A DNA stretch of 28,214 nt from a virus. Taxonomy: Duplodnaviria; Caudoviricetes. Of the stretch, positions 16,249 through 25,664 are shown piece by piece. Position 1 is the first letter of the stretch, and the number at the start of each line of letters is the position of its first letter. Both the position numbers and the translations under genes were made by a program. The DNA lies in the IMG/VR virus record IMGVR_UViG_3300010203_000022, positions 1-28,214 of that record, one strand, 5' to 3'. Below the pieces are notes generated by a model that saw only the letters and a program-made list of their open reading frames with translations, had not been told where the DNA came from and made no database searches.

Positions 16249-16889
16249 TGCCCGCCGCTGTCTCCAATCTCTGGCAGGCCTCGTTTCGCGGCGTGCCGTT
16301 TTACATGGAGGAGGAAGACGAGGAATTCGGGCGCCGCCTGTTCCAGCACCTGTTTCCAGGCCGCGACGCGCCCTTTATCGAGGACCAGGGCGCGCAACCC
16401 AAAATGTGGCGACTGACCGCCTATATCGCCGGCGACAGCGCCAACGCCTCCGCCAGCGCCGCCGTCGCGGCCCTGACCGCCAAGGGGCCGGGCACGCTGG
16501 TGTTGTCGGGACAGGGGCCGGTGTCGGCGCGGCTGCACATTGGGAGCCGCGCGGCGAGCAAGGACCGCTATGGCCTTGTCGCCTTTCGTCTCGAATTCTG
16601 GGCGTCGGGTTCTTCGGGCGTCTTCGCCTCAATCGATAATCTGGCGCAGCTGGTCTATTCCTCTATCGGGAACATGCCCGCCGCGCTCAGCTCCGCCGCG
16701 AGCGCGCTCAACCTCTCCGGCGCGGCCTGGACGGTGTCCAGCGCGGTCGGCGCCTTGCAGAACGTCCCGGCGACGCTTGAGGCGATCCGCGCCGAATCCC
16801 CGGTCTCTGCGGCGGCTTCCGCGGCCATCTCGGCCGGCCTGTCCGCCGCCTATAACGCCATTCCCTCAGCTTTCCCGGTGTCGAGATGA
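16245..16889 (+). CDS. DNA circularisation protein (Mu gpN/gp43-like), N-terminal part
   Basis: LWQASFRGVPF...GRRL..HLFPGRD.P.IEDQG and GPGTLV motifs. Confidence 0.88.
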   Translation: MMPAAVSNLWQASFRGVPFYMEEEDEEFGRRLFQHLFPGRDAPFIEDQGAQPKMWRLTAYIAGDSANASASAAVAALTAKGPGTLVLSGQGPVSARLHIGSRAASKDRYGLVAFRLEFWASGSSGVFASIDNLAQLVYSSIGNMPAALSSAASALNLSGAAWTVSSAVGALQNVPATLEAIRAESPVSAAASAAISAGLSAAYNAIPSAFPVSR

Positions 16890-17449
16890 CGGACATTTCG
16901 CCGATCTCCGCTTGCGTCGATATTGCGCAGGACCTGGCCGTGGCTATGCCCGCAGATTCGGCGTGCGCCGCCTTCGCGCTGGCGCTGGCGCAAATCGACC
17001 TGACGCCGCCGGGGACGATCCGCGCCGCCAGCGCCGCTATCGACGCGCTCAATCAATGGCATGCCGCCCGCATGACGCGGATGGTGCTGATCGCCGGCTA
17101 TGCGGCGGCGCTGGTCGAACGCGAATTCACTGACCGCCCCACGGCGGTGGCGGCGCGCGCGGCCTTCATGACGGCCACGGCCGCCGATGTCGAAGCCGCG
17201 AGCCTCGCGGCCGATGGGACCGCCTTCGACACGCTGAACGACCTGCGCGGGCAGATGGCCCGGTATTTTTCGACCCTGACGCCGAATCTGGCTCCGGTGG
17301 CGGTGATTTCCGCTCCTTCTGTCCGTCCGGCGCTGGTCTGGGCGCACACCCTTTACAATGACCCCACGCGCGCCAGCGAGATCGTGGCGCGCAACCGCCT
17401 GCCGCATCCGGGCTATGTGCCCGCGCGCTTCGAGGCGTTGGCGTCGTGA
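16886..17449 (+). CDS. DNA circularisation protein, C-terminal part (LysM-like end)
   Basis: PALVWAHTLYNDPTRASEIVARNRLPHPGYVP is the C-terminal signature of the same family; it lies in the -1 frame relative to the N-terminal part. Confidence 0.8.
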   Translation: MTDISPISACVDIAQDLAVAMPADSACAAFALALAQIDLTPPGTIRAASAAIDALNQWHAARMTRMVLIAGYAAALVEREFTDRPTAVAARAAFMTATAADVEAASLAADGTAFDTLNDLRGQMARYFSTLTPNLAPVAVISAPSVRPALVWAHTLYNDPTRASEIVARNRLPHPGYVPARFEALAS

Positions 17450-18507
17450 TCGTTGACGAAGTGGTCACGGCGACCGCATCGAACGGCAATTTTTCCGCCT
17501 GGGAATCGGTCCAGATCGAAGCGGCGCTGGAGGCCGCTTGCCGCTCGTTTTCGCTGACGGTCGCCGCCGAAGGCGGGGCCGCGCAGGTCTTGAGCCAGTT
17601 CGCGGTGTTCGCGCCGGTCACGATTACGGCGACGGGCGCGCTGGCGGCGAAGGGCTATGTCGAGAAACGCCGGCCGCACCTCGGCGCGCCGTCGACCATC
17701 ACCATCATCGGCTCGACCAAGGGCGCGGACACCGTCGATTGCTCTTGCGTCCATCCGACCGGGCATTTCAAGAACAAGACGCCGCTGCAAATCGCCCAGG
17801 CCCTCGACAAGTTTGGCGCCGGGTATTTCTCGGACGCGGAGATGGAATCGATCAAATCGTTTCATCTCCGCGCTGGCGAAAGCGTGCATCAGGCGGTGGA
17901 GCGTGCTTGCCGGTCGCAGGGCCTGACGCTGTGCGGCAAGGCGGACGGCTCGATCTCCATCACCAACGCCAAGAAGCCCAAGCGCCACGCCGGCGGCCTC
18001 TACGAGGGCGTGAACATCACCGAAGCCGATGTCGATGAGGATGGCGAGCACCGCCATTCTCATGTGCATGTGCGCGGACAGCAGGCCCAGGGCCATGGCG
18101 CGGCCGCGCTCGAAATCGAAGGATTGGCGCAAGACGCCGGCGTGCCGCGCTATCGTCCGCTGATTATCGCCCACGACCGCGACACCGATAAACAGCAGGC
18201 CAAGGGCCACGCCAAGAACCATCGCGACCGCGCCGCCGGCAAGGGGCTGCGCTGCACCGTGCACACGCCGAGCTGGCGCGACGAAGCCGGGATGCTGTGG
18301 GAGCCGGGCCATCTCATCTGGACCCAAAGCGCGTTTCTGGGCCTCGCCCAGGACATGCTGATCGAACGCATCCAGCTCGCCAAAAGCTCCACGTCCCCGC
18401 AGGTCGCGACGCTGCATCTGGTCGATCCCCGCGCCTATGGCGGCGACAAGGGCAAGCGCAACAAATCCGGCTCGAACTGGAACATCGACAACAGCGAGGC
18501 GAAATGA
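17446..18507 (+). CDS. Baseplate hub protein (Mu gpP/gp44-like)
   Basis: FSAWESVQI...CRSFSL, DTVDCS, GESV, RYRPLII and SWRDEAGMLWEPG motifs. Confidence 0.92.
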   Translation: MIVDEVVTATASNGNFSAWESVQIEAALEAACRSFSLTVAAEGGAAQVLSQFAVFAPVTITATGALAAKGYVEKRRPHLGAPSTITIIGSTKGADTVDCSCVHPTGHFKNKTPLQIAQALDKFGAGYFSDAEMESIKSFHLRAGESVHQAVERACRSQGLTLCGKADGSISITNAKKPKRHAGGLYEGVNITEADVDEDGEHRHSHVHVRGQQAQGHGAAALEIEGLAQDAGVPRYRPLIIAHDRDTDKQQAKGHAKNHRDRAAGKGLRCTVHTPSWRDEAGMLWEPGHLIWTQSAFLGLAQDMLIERIQLAKSSTSPQVATLHLVDPRAYGGDKGKRNKSGSNWNIDNSEAK

Positions 18508-18914
18508 GCTATCACGACCTGGATGACGCCGCGCGCAACATGATCCGGCGCGCGCGGCTGGTGTCGCTGGGCGATGGCTCCGGCGACCATCTGACCGGCA
18601 CGTTCGCGGGCCTGAAGGGCCAGCAGCCGGAAGACGTGGTGCTGGCGCACAATTTTGGCTTCGCGTCCGCCCCCATGGCCGGCTCCAGCGCGCTGTTGCT
18701 GCGGCTCGGCGGGGGCGACTCCTTCCACGCCATCGGCTTCGACGATCCGCGCCACCGGCCCAAGGGGCTCAAGCCCGGCGAAGTCGTCCTTTACGACGCA
18801 TCCGAACAGGCCATCTCCCTGGTTCAGAAGAACATTCGCGTCGTGACCGCGCAGAGCGTCGACGTCACGGCGGCCAATTTCACCTGGAACGGCAAAAAGG
18901 TGAAAACGGAATGA
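18504..18914 (+). CDS. Baseplate spike protein (Mu gp45-like), short
   Basis: NFGFASAP..G and DPRHRPKGLKPGEVVLYD motifs; ATGA overlaps at both ends. Confidence 0.88.
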   Translation: MSYHDLDDAARNMIRRARLVSLGDGSGDHLTGTFAGLKGQQPEDVVLAHNFGFASAPMAGSSALLLRLGGGDSFHAIGFDDPRHRPKGLKPGEVVLYDASEQAISLVQKNIRVVTAQSVDVTAANFTWNGKKVKTE

Positions 18915-19432
18915 CCTTCACCCTGACCCAATGCGCCGATCCCGGCTCCTACACGTTGTGGGACAGCGTCTGGATCGCGGGCGAAGGCGTCGCCGACTGG
19001 GCGACCGGCGCCGCCGACATGGGGCTGCTCGCCGCCGATCCCATCGCGACGGCGATGGTCAATCTGCTGTTCACCGACAAGCGCTGTCCCGAGGGCCACC
19101 CTCTGGAAAAGTACATCGATACGTCGGATCGCCGGGGCTGGTGGGGCGACCATTTCGACGTGCGCGACGATCTCTATGAGGACGAATTGGGGTCGCTGCT
19201 GTGGTGTATCGAAAACACCGTAGCGACGGACGAAATCCGGCGCTGGGCGGAAACCCTGGCCTATGACGCGCTGACGCCGCTGCTGAACTGCGGGTTGGTG
19301 AAGCAGCTCGCGACCTCGGCGCGGATCGTCGAGCCTTCGGCCATCGTGCTTGACGTCACTGTCGCCGGCGCGGTGGCGGGACAGCCTTTCAACAAGAATT
19401 ACGATTCCATCTGGCGGAGCCGCGCGGCATGA
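18911..19432 (+). CDS. Mu gp46-like baseplate protein
   Basis: LFTDKR...DRRGWWGD...LGSLLW signature. Confidence 0.92.
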   Translation: MTFTLTQCADPGSYTLWDSVWIAGEGVADWATGAADMGLLAADPIATAMVNLLFTDKRCPEGHPLEKYIDTSDRRGWWGDHFDVRDDLYEDELGSLLWCIENTVATDEIRRWAETLAYDALTPLLNCGLVKQLATSARIVEPSAIVLDVTVAGAVAGQPFNKNYDSIWRSRAA

Positions 19433-20577
19433 CATTCGCAATTCCGTCCGTGTCCGACCTGGTCGCCAAGGCGCGCGGCGCCTTCGCCAGCGATCTCGCG
19501 GGCGTCGACGCATGGATCCCCGGCAACAATGTCTATGTGACCGCCAAAGTGTTTGGCGGTTATCTCTGGTCATTGTTCGGCCGGTTGCAGTGGGTGCTGG
19601 ACCAGGCGTTCGCGCTCACGGCGACGGGGACATGGCTGGAGCGCCATGGCGCGCAATATGGCATCCAGCGCAAGCCCGCCGCCCTGGCGTCCGGCGCCAT
19701 CGTCATCACCGCGACGGACGCCTGTGTGTTCCCCGCCGGAACCGTGTTCGCGCGCTCCGATGGCGTGTCGTACATATCGACCGCCGACGCAGCCTTGGCT
19801 GTGGCTGGCAGCGTCACAGTCGCGGGAATGGCCACGGCGGCCGGCGCTTCCGCCAACGGTGACGCTGGGACGCCGCTGGCGATCACAGCTGGCCCCACGC
19901 CGCCGTCCGGCGCAGGCGTCGCCACCGCGCTGGCGGCCATCGCCCCCGGCGGGTTCGCCCAGGGGCTCGATGTCGAAGACGACGGCGAGCCGCATTCGTC
20001 GGACCTGTCGACCTTGCGCGGGCGCATCCTCTGGCGGCTGCGCAACCCGCCGCGCGGCGGCGCGCCGGCCGATTATGTGACATGGGGGACGGCGGTCCCC
20101 GGCTGCACGCGCATTTTCGTCGAGCGCTGCTGGATGGGCGCCGGGACAGCCCGGATTTTCCCGCTGTTCGATGGCCTGTTCGCCGGCGGCGTGCCCGACG
20201 AAGCGCATGTGCAATTGGTTCGGGACGCCTTCGTCGCCGTGCAACCCGGGACGGCGCAAATCACCACCGTCGCGCCGACGCCGCTTCCGATCGACGTGAC
20301 CGTCGCCAACCTGTCGCCGCTGACCTCGGCGGTCGAACAGGCGATCCGCGATGAATTGATCTCCGCCTTTGCGCGTCTTGGCGCTGTCTCCGGCTCCGAC
20401 GCCGCCGTGGTCGGAATGCCGTATCTCGCGAGCCCTCAGACCTTTTCGCGCTCGTGGCTTGGTCAGGCGATTTCAGACGCCACCGGCGAGCAACGCCATG
20501 TGCTGACCGCCCCTGCCGGCGACGTGGCTATCCCTGCCGGCTCCATCCCCGTGCTCGGCGCTCTGACCTTCGTGTGA
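19429..20577 (+). CDS. Baseplate J / Mu gp47-like protein
   Basis: TATGTWLERHG, RKPA..ASG, GLDVEDD...LRGRIL...PPRGGAPADYVTW motifs. Confidence 0.94.
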   Translation: MTFAIPSVSDLVAKARGAFASDLAGVDAWIPGNNVYVTAKVFGGYLWSLFGRLQWVLDQAFALTATGTWLERHGAQYGIQRKPAALASGAIVITATDACVFPAGTVFARSDGVSYISTADAALAVAGSVTVAGMATAAGASANGDAGTPLAITAGPTPPSGAGVATALAAIAPGGFAQGLDVEDDGEPHSSDLSTLRGRILWRLRNPPRGGAPADYVTWGTAVPGCTRIFVERCWMGAGTARIFPLFDGLFAGGVPDEAHVQLVRDAFVAVQPGTAQITTVAPTPLPIDVTVANLSPLTSAVEQAIRDELISAFARLGAVSGSDAAVVGMPYLASPQTFSRSWLGQAISDATGEQRHVLTAPAGDVAIPAGSIPVLGALTFV

Positions 20578-20581
20578 TCGC

Positions 20582-21316
20582 ATGACAAATTGCGCGTTGC
20601 CGCCGCCTTCGGACATCTGTCCGGGGCATGATGATGTATTGCCGCATCTGATCGCGCTGTTGCCGCGCGGCCGCGCCTGGCGGACGGAAGCCGGCGGCGT
20701 GCGCTATCGCTTCCTGTCCGCGATCGCGCGCGTTTTCGCCTTCGCCGAACAGCGCATTTGCGCCGCGATGGAAGAATTCTTCTGCGCGACGGCCGCCGAA
20801 ACGCTCGATGTCTGGGCCGAAGAATACAGCCTCTACGATGGCTGCGACCCCTGGCCGGATCTGTGCGCCAAAGTGCGCGCCTACGATGACCCCCGCTGCG
20901 AATTCTGGGTGTCGGCGGCCGCGCGCGCCGGGTGGGCGATCCTTTCGACTGACGCCACCGAGCCTTGCGGCGCCACCGCCGGCGACGGGATCGCCGGGTG
21001 CGCGGCGGCCGGCCCAGGCGTCGGCGCGACCTGGACGCCGGCTTGCGTCGATTACAGCAATGCGTCGGGCGCCACGGCTGGCTGCGCCATGGCCGGCGAC
21101 GCCTCACCGGGACGTGGTCTCGTCGGCGGCGAGCTGCTCTTGCGCGTCTCCCTCGCGCACAGCCCGGCCTATGTCGCCGCCCCGCAGTCGCTTGCCGGCG
21201 CCATGGGCGCTGGCGACGGCCTGTCCTGCCCACCGGATTTGACCGGCCTCTATTGCCTCATGGCTCGCATCCTCCCCGCTCACGTCAAAGTCTTCTACGA
21301 GGTCATAAATGGCTGA
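20582..21316 (+). CDS. Mu gp48 / YmfQ (DUF2313)-like baseplate protein
   Basis: LIALLPRGRAW near the N-terminus and LYCLMARILPAH at the C-terminus. Confidence 0.88.
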   Translation: MTNCALPPPSDICPGHDDVLPHLIALLPRGRAWRTEAGGVRYRFLSAIARVFAFAEQRICAAMEEFFCATAAETLDVWAEEYSLYDGCDPWPDLCAKVRAYDDPRCEFWVSAAARAGWAILSTDATEPCGATAGDGIAGCAAAGPGVGATWTPACVDYSNASGATAGCAMAGDASPGRGLVGGELLLRVSLAHSPAYVAAPQSLAGAMGAGDGLSCPPDLTGLYCLMARILPAHVKVFYEVING

Positions 21317-22658
21317 TATCCTTGGCCCCTCCAACGCCCCATACGCGGTGACCATAAGGCCGCCCGAAACGCGGACGCCTTCGTCCGGCGACACCTTCTT
21401 TCGGGATTGCACCAGTTCTGCGGCGCAGGATGGCACAAAAATTCAGGCCGCTTGGCTGAACCAGGTCACCGCCACGCTTCGCGGTCAGGCCCGCATGGTC
21501 GGCAAGAAGCTTGACGGGACGACGCTGATCATCCCCGAGGATAATTCCAACGACGCCATCCTTGCCGATGCGATCCGACATACCGTCCAGCGCGGGCAGA
21601 TGAGCACCGCCGCCGACACCGGCTCGGCCAATGCGGCGGCGGTGTCGTTGGCGCCCGCGCCGGCGGAGCTGATCTCGGGCATGCGCATCAGCGTGCTCAA
21701 ATCTGGCGCCGCGAACACCGGCGCCGTGACGCTCGCCGTCAATGGCGGAGCGGCCACGCCTGTCGTCTGGCCCGATGGGTCGGCGCTGGCCGCAGGCGAC
21801 TGGCCGGCCTCCGCGCGGGCGCTGCTCGAATATGACTCGGCTCTCGTCTCGTGGGTGCTGCTGTCGAACATGGGGCCGAGCGTTTTCGCGCGCGTGTCGG
21901 CCGTGCGCAAAAAGCTGACCGGGGACATGACGTTTTACACGTCGGCGTCGGGCAGCGATGTCACTGGCGCGGGCACGGCCGTTTCGCCGTGGCTGACCCT
22001 GCAAAAGGCGATCAACACCGTCTTGGGCGTCTATGACCTGAACGGCTACACGGCCAGAATTCAGTCGAGTAACGGCAGCTACGCCGGCTTCGGGTTCGAT
22101 CGTCCCCCGATGAATGGCTATCTGGACATTGTCGGCAACGTGGCGACGCCGTCGGCGTGCGTCATCACCAGCACCTGCGCGGTCGCGAACGCCGGCATCA
22201 GCATCTCGGGCTTTACGTTCCAGACGTCGAGCGGCCCGTGTCTAGCCGCCAACATCGGGAGTTCGATCCACGTCACTGGCCCGGTGATTTTCGGCGCGGC
22301 GAGCGGGGCGCACCAACAGTCGAGCGAGGGGGGCATCATCCTCGTGTCGTCGTCGTACACGATCACGGGCGGAGCCACGTCGCATTTTCTGGCGCAGGGC
22401 GCTGGCTCGGAAATCATTTTCGGCGCTGGCGGGGTGGTGACCGCGACGGTCACCGGGACGCCAAATTTCAGCTCGTCCTTCGCCACTTCGTTTCTGCTCG
22501 GGAACGTCTACGCCTCGCCCGGCTGCGTCATCACCGGCGCCGCGACCGGCCAAAGGTACAGCGTACAGACCAACGCCATCATCGCCACGAATGGCGGCGG
22601 CCCCAACTATTTCCCCGGCACCATCGCTGGCGTCAACAATGGAGGCTCCTACACGTGA
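21309..22658 (+). CDS. Tail fibre / tailspike with predicted beta-helix C-terminal domain
   Basis: GTKIQAAWLNQV baseplate-attachment motif; ADTGSANA and NTGAVTLAVNG segments; FYTSASGSD..G.G...PWLTLQKAI beta-helix cap followed by Gly/Ser-rich strands. Confidence 0.88.
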   Translation: MADILGPSNAPYAVTIRPPETRTPSSGDTFFRDCTSSAAQDGTKIQAAWLNQVTATLRGQARMVGKKLDGTTLIIPEDNSNDAILADAIRHTVQRGQMSTAADTGSANAAAVSLAPAPAELISGMRISVLKSGAANTGAVTLAVNGGAATPVVWPDGSALAAGDWPASARALLEYDSALVSWVLLSNMGPSVFARVSAVRKKLTGDMTFYTSASGSDVTGAGTAVSPWLTLQKAINTVLGVYDLNGYTARIQSSNGSYAGFGFDRPPMNGYLDIVGNVATPSACVITSTCAVANAGISISGFTFQTSSGPCLAANIGSSIHVTGPVIFGAASGAHQQSSEGGIILVSSSYTITGGATSHFLAQGAGSEIIFGAGGVVTATVTGTPNFSSSFATSFLLGNVYASPGCVITGAATGQRYSVQTNAIIATNGGGPNYFPGTIAGVNNGGSYT

Positions 22659-23260
22659 TCTCTTACAATCCCAAAGCCTGGTATTGGTCCGGGCCGCTCG
22701 GCGTCTTTTCTTCCGCCAAGAACGCCCTGGTGTCGGACGGCGACGCGGCTTATGCGGCGTGGGTCGCCGCCGGCGGCGTCGCCACCGTCTGGCCGCGTGA
22801 CGAGGCGGGCGCGCAGACAACTGCGGCGCTGGATGAGGTTTTGCTCGCGGCCGGGCTGCCGGCCTCGGGCCTGACGCCAGCGGCGTCCGGCGAGCTGCTG
22901 GCGTATGCCGATGCGAAGCTCTCGGCCTATTGGACGGGCGCGATCAGCGTGAATGTCGGGACGGAGGCGGCGCCGGTCCGTGTGACCGTCGACGCCAGCT
23001 CGAAGGGCCAGACGTTCGTGTCGGGCCTGCTCGCGGACATATCGCTCGGGGCGTCGACGGAGACCTGGTATCAGGACGGCGGCTCTCTGCAACTGACGGC
23101 CGACCAGGTGCGCGCCATTGGACTGGCGCTCAAGGCCTATGTCGACGCGGCCATGACCGTTTGGCAGCAAGCCGAACGCGGCATCGGCGCGAGCCCGGCG
23201 ACCATCACGACGGCGGCCGAGATCGACGCGCTGGCGTGGCCCGCGCGGGCGGCCGGCTGA
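22655..23260 (+). CDS. Tail fibre assembly protein (DUF4376-like)
   Basis: GTG at 22655 overlaps the fibre stop; C-terminus has LTADQVRAIG...YVDA...ITTAAEIDALAWP. Confidence 0.75.
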   Translation: MISYNPKAWYWSGPLGVFSSAKNALVSDGDAAYAAWVAAGGVATVWPRDEAGAQTTAALDEVLLAAGLPASGLTPAASGELLAYADAKLSAYWTGAISVNVGTEAAPVRVTVDASSKGQTFVSGLLADISLGASTETWYQDGGSLQLTADQVRAIGLALKAYVDAAMTVWQQAERGIGASPATITTAAEIDALAWPARAAG

Positions 23261-23270
23261 GTGCCGCCCG

Positions 23271-23864
23271 ATGACAGCCGTCATCAGCCTTGAGGCCTCC
23301 ACCAACGCGACCTTCTGCTCGCCGCCCATATCGGTCGCGCCGCTGGCCGCCGCCGGCGTCGACATCGCCGGCGCGGTGTTGCGGCTGCAGCTCGCCGCCG
23401 ACGATGACCGGCGCGCGTTCGAGTTCTGCTCGGCGCCCGGAGCCGACGGGGTCATCCTGTATGACGCGACCGCGCAGACGCTGACCCTCGCCGCAAGCCT
23501 CGCGGCGATCCACGCATGGTCGCCGGCCGGCGGCTCCTCGGTCGGAGACCTCCGCCTCGAATGGGGCGCGCCGGAGCCCGTGCGCTCCGCCGTGGTGCTG
23601 CTGGTCCGCCTCGATCTCACCGTCGGCGAGACCACGCTGGCCACGGACCCGGTTTCGCAAACCGAAATCTCGACGGCCGTTGTGACGGCGCGGATCAAGG
23701 GGCGCTCCGGGCTGTCCGTTGTGCCGGCGGACATGGCGCAGATCGCGGCTTCGGCTGCGGCGAGCGCGGCGCAGGCCGAGGCGGCGGCCTACGCCCTCAT
23801 GTTCCCGACCACTCTCACTCTCGACCTGAATTCGCCGGGCGACTCTCTCCTTTTCTTCTTCTGA
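23271..23864 (+). CDS. Hypothetical virion protein (possible BppU-like adaptor)
   Basis: Co-oriented 197-aa ORF with DIAGAVLRLQL and VGDLRLE beta-strand pattern; the function is uncertain. Confidence 0.6.
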   Translation: MTAVISLEASTNATFCSPPISVAPLAAAGVDIAGAVLRLQLAADDDRRAFEFCSAPGADGVILYDATAQTLTLAASLAAIHAWSPAGGSSVGDLRLEWGAPEPVRSAVVLLVRLDLTVGETTLATDPVSQTEISTAVVTARIKGRSGLSVVPADMAQIAASAAASAAQAEAAAYALMFPTTLTLDLNSPGDSLLFFF

Positions 23865-23889
23865 AATCCCCCAAAATCAGGAGCCAGTA

Positions 23890-24495
23890 ATGGCGTTGCA
23901 AACGACCACGCTTAAGGCGCGGACGGCGGACCCTGCTGTCAAAGATATGCTTTTTTGCGACCTCAGCGGGACCGGCGCCGGGCCGTTTGTGCCCGCGCGC
24001 GTCGATGTGGATGGTTCGGGAGCGGTGGGCGCGCCGATCGCGGGCGCGGCCATGCCGGCGGGCGGCGCCGGCATGACGGGCTGGCTCTCGGCGTTGTGGG
24101 CGAAACTGTCGGGCACGCTGTCGGTTTCCGCGGCCGCTTTGCCTCTGCCGGCCGGGGCGGCTACCGAATCCACGCTGGGCGCGTTGGCGACGGCGCTTGG
24201 CTCGTTGCTGACGGCCCTGGGTTTGCTGCCGCGCCGGCCCGCCAATGTCGCGACCGGACAGGCCGTTGTCGGGACGTCCGCCACGCCGATCGTCGCGGCG
24301 CGCGCCGGTCGGTCCAGCGTCACGCTCATCAACCTCGGGACGACGGATGTCTATGTCGGCGGCTCCGGTGTGACCGCCGCGACCGGCTTGCTGCTGATCG
24401 GCGCCAAGGGCGGCGGCCTGGTCATCGACGGCGAAGCTGCGATCTATGCGATTGCGGCCGGCGCGCAGACCATCTCGTTCATGGAGACGTACTGA
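23890..24495 (+). CDS. Hypothetical structural protein with C-terminal beta-sandwich
   Basis: AGGAG SD, PLPAGAATESTL segment and C-terminal RSSVTLINLGTTDVYVG...AIYAIA; TGATG coupling to the next gene. Confidence 0.7.
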   Translation: MALQTTTLKARTADPAVKDMLFCDLSGTGAGPFVPARVDVDGSGAVGAPIAGAAMPAGGAGMTGWLSALWAKLSGTLSVSAAALPLPAGAATESTLGALATALGSLLTALGLLPRRPANVATGQAVVGTSATPIVAARAGRSSVTLINLGTTDVYVGGSGVTAATGLLLIGAKGGGLVIDGEAAIYAIAAGAQTISFMETY

Positions 24496-25607
24496 TGGGC
24501 GCCGTCATTACGCCTCCGGCCGCGCTTCCGATTCCGGGCGTGACCAACTGGGACCCGCTGCTTTCGCCCAAGGCAAGAGCAGCAATCGCCAATGTGCGCC
24601 TTGGAAGAGGCCGCGCGCGGATCGCCACCCTTGGCGACTCCACCTGGGCCGGCATCGGAGCCGGAACAGGAGGCGACCATAATTTACAGGGTGCGCGACA
24701 AGCCGCCGTGCCGTGGGTGATGGCGGGTATCCTCAACGGGCGCGGTCTGCCGACCATCCCCGACGCTGTCTTTAGTTGTGGGGCTGTCCCGGCGCCGACG
24801 ATTTACAACCCCAATGTCTCGCAAGGGTCGGGATGGGTTCTGTCCACCCAGAACACCGCCGGAGGCACGCTCTGGCAAAACGGCACGACGACGGGCACGA
24901 CTTTGAGCGTGACCACGACGACGCCGTGCAACGCGTTCGACGTCTACTATTGCGCGGTCAATACGGCGCAGTTCACCCTGCAAATCGACAGCGAGACGCC
25001 GGTTGTCGTCAACGTGACCTCCGCTGGGGCCGCATTGCTGAAGGCGACGGTCAGCTCTGCGACAGAAGGCGTCCACACTCTTAAAATCGTTCGCACCGGC
25101 GCAAGTGGGAATGTGTTCATCGGCATGATCGACCCGTATTCGTCGATCAATCCGCGAGTGTCGATCTGGAACATGGGCATCGGCGGTAGCCAGACCAGCA
25201 CATGGATCAACGCGTCGGCTTCGTGGTCTCCCCTCAACGCCCTCACGACCTATGCGCCGGATCTGACGATCATCAATCTCGGCATCAACGATGAGGGCGC
25301 CGGTGTATTGATCCCGACTTTCATGTCTCAGGAGCAGACGATCATCAACGCTGGCAAACAGTCTGGCGACGTATGGTTGATCATGCACCATGCCTGCTCC
25401 GGGCACGAAGCGCAGGAGCCGGGGACCTATGCGGCTCTGCAGCAACTCGCCGCCAACAATAATATCCCGTTGATCGATTTTCGTGCGCGGCTTGGACAGT
25501 GGACGGCCGCCAACGCCAACGGACAGATGTACGATTTTCTGCACGCGACAGGCCTCGGCTACGCCGATGAGGCCGCCATGGTCGCGGACCTGGTCGCGCG
25601 CCTTTAG
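24495..25607 (+). CDS. SGNH/GDSL esterase-domain protein
   Basis: All four blocks present: LGDST, NMGIGGS, INLGIND and DFLH. A beta-rich insert lies between blocks I and II. Start at ATG 24495. Confidence 0.9.
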   Translation: MGAVITPPAALPIPGVTNWDPLLSPKARAAIANVRLGRGRARIATLGDSTWAGIGAGTGGDHNLQGARQAAVPWVMAGILNGRGLPTIPDAVFSCGAVPAPTIYNPNVSQGSGWVLSTQNTAGGTLWQNGTTTGTTLSVTTTTPCNAFDVYYCAVNTAQFTLQIDSETPVVVNVTSAGAALLKATVSSATEGVHTLKIVRTGASGNVFIGMIDPYSSINPRVSIWNMGIGGSQTSTWINASASWSPLNALTTYAPDLTIINLGINDEGAGVLIPTFMSQEQTIINAGKQSGDVWLIMHHACSGHEAQEPGTYAALQQLAANNNIPLIDFRARLGQWTAANANGQMYDFLHATGLGYADEAAMVADLVARL

Positions 25608-25664
25608 GCGCATCAGGCGCTGTCCTGCCCTTACAGCGCAAACCTCCCCCTGGAAGGAAATTCT

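Noticed and set aside
11275-22658. Standalone tailocin or contractile injection system
   Set aside because: The tail genes are contiguous with intact terminase, portal and capsid genes, so this is a phage.
25182-25193. ops-like GGCGGTAGccAG
   Set aside because: It is an imperfect match lying inside SGNH block II codons (G-G-S-Q), far from any leader.
21309-25607. Diversity-generating retroelement or invertible tail-fibre cassette
   Set aside because: No reverse transcriptase, invertase, duplicated variable/template repeat or inverted fibre segment is visible in the window.
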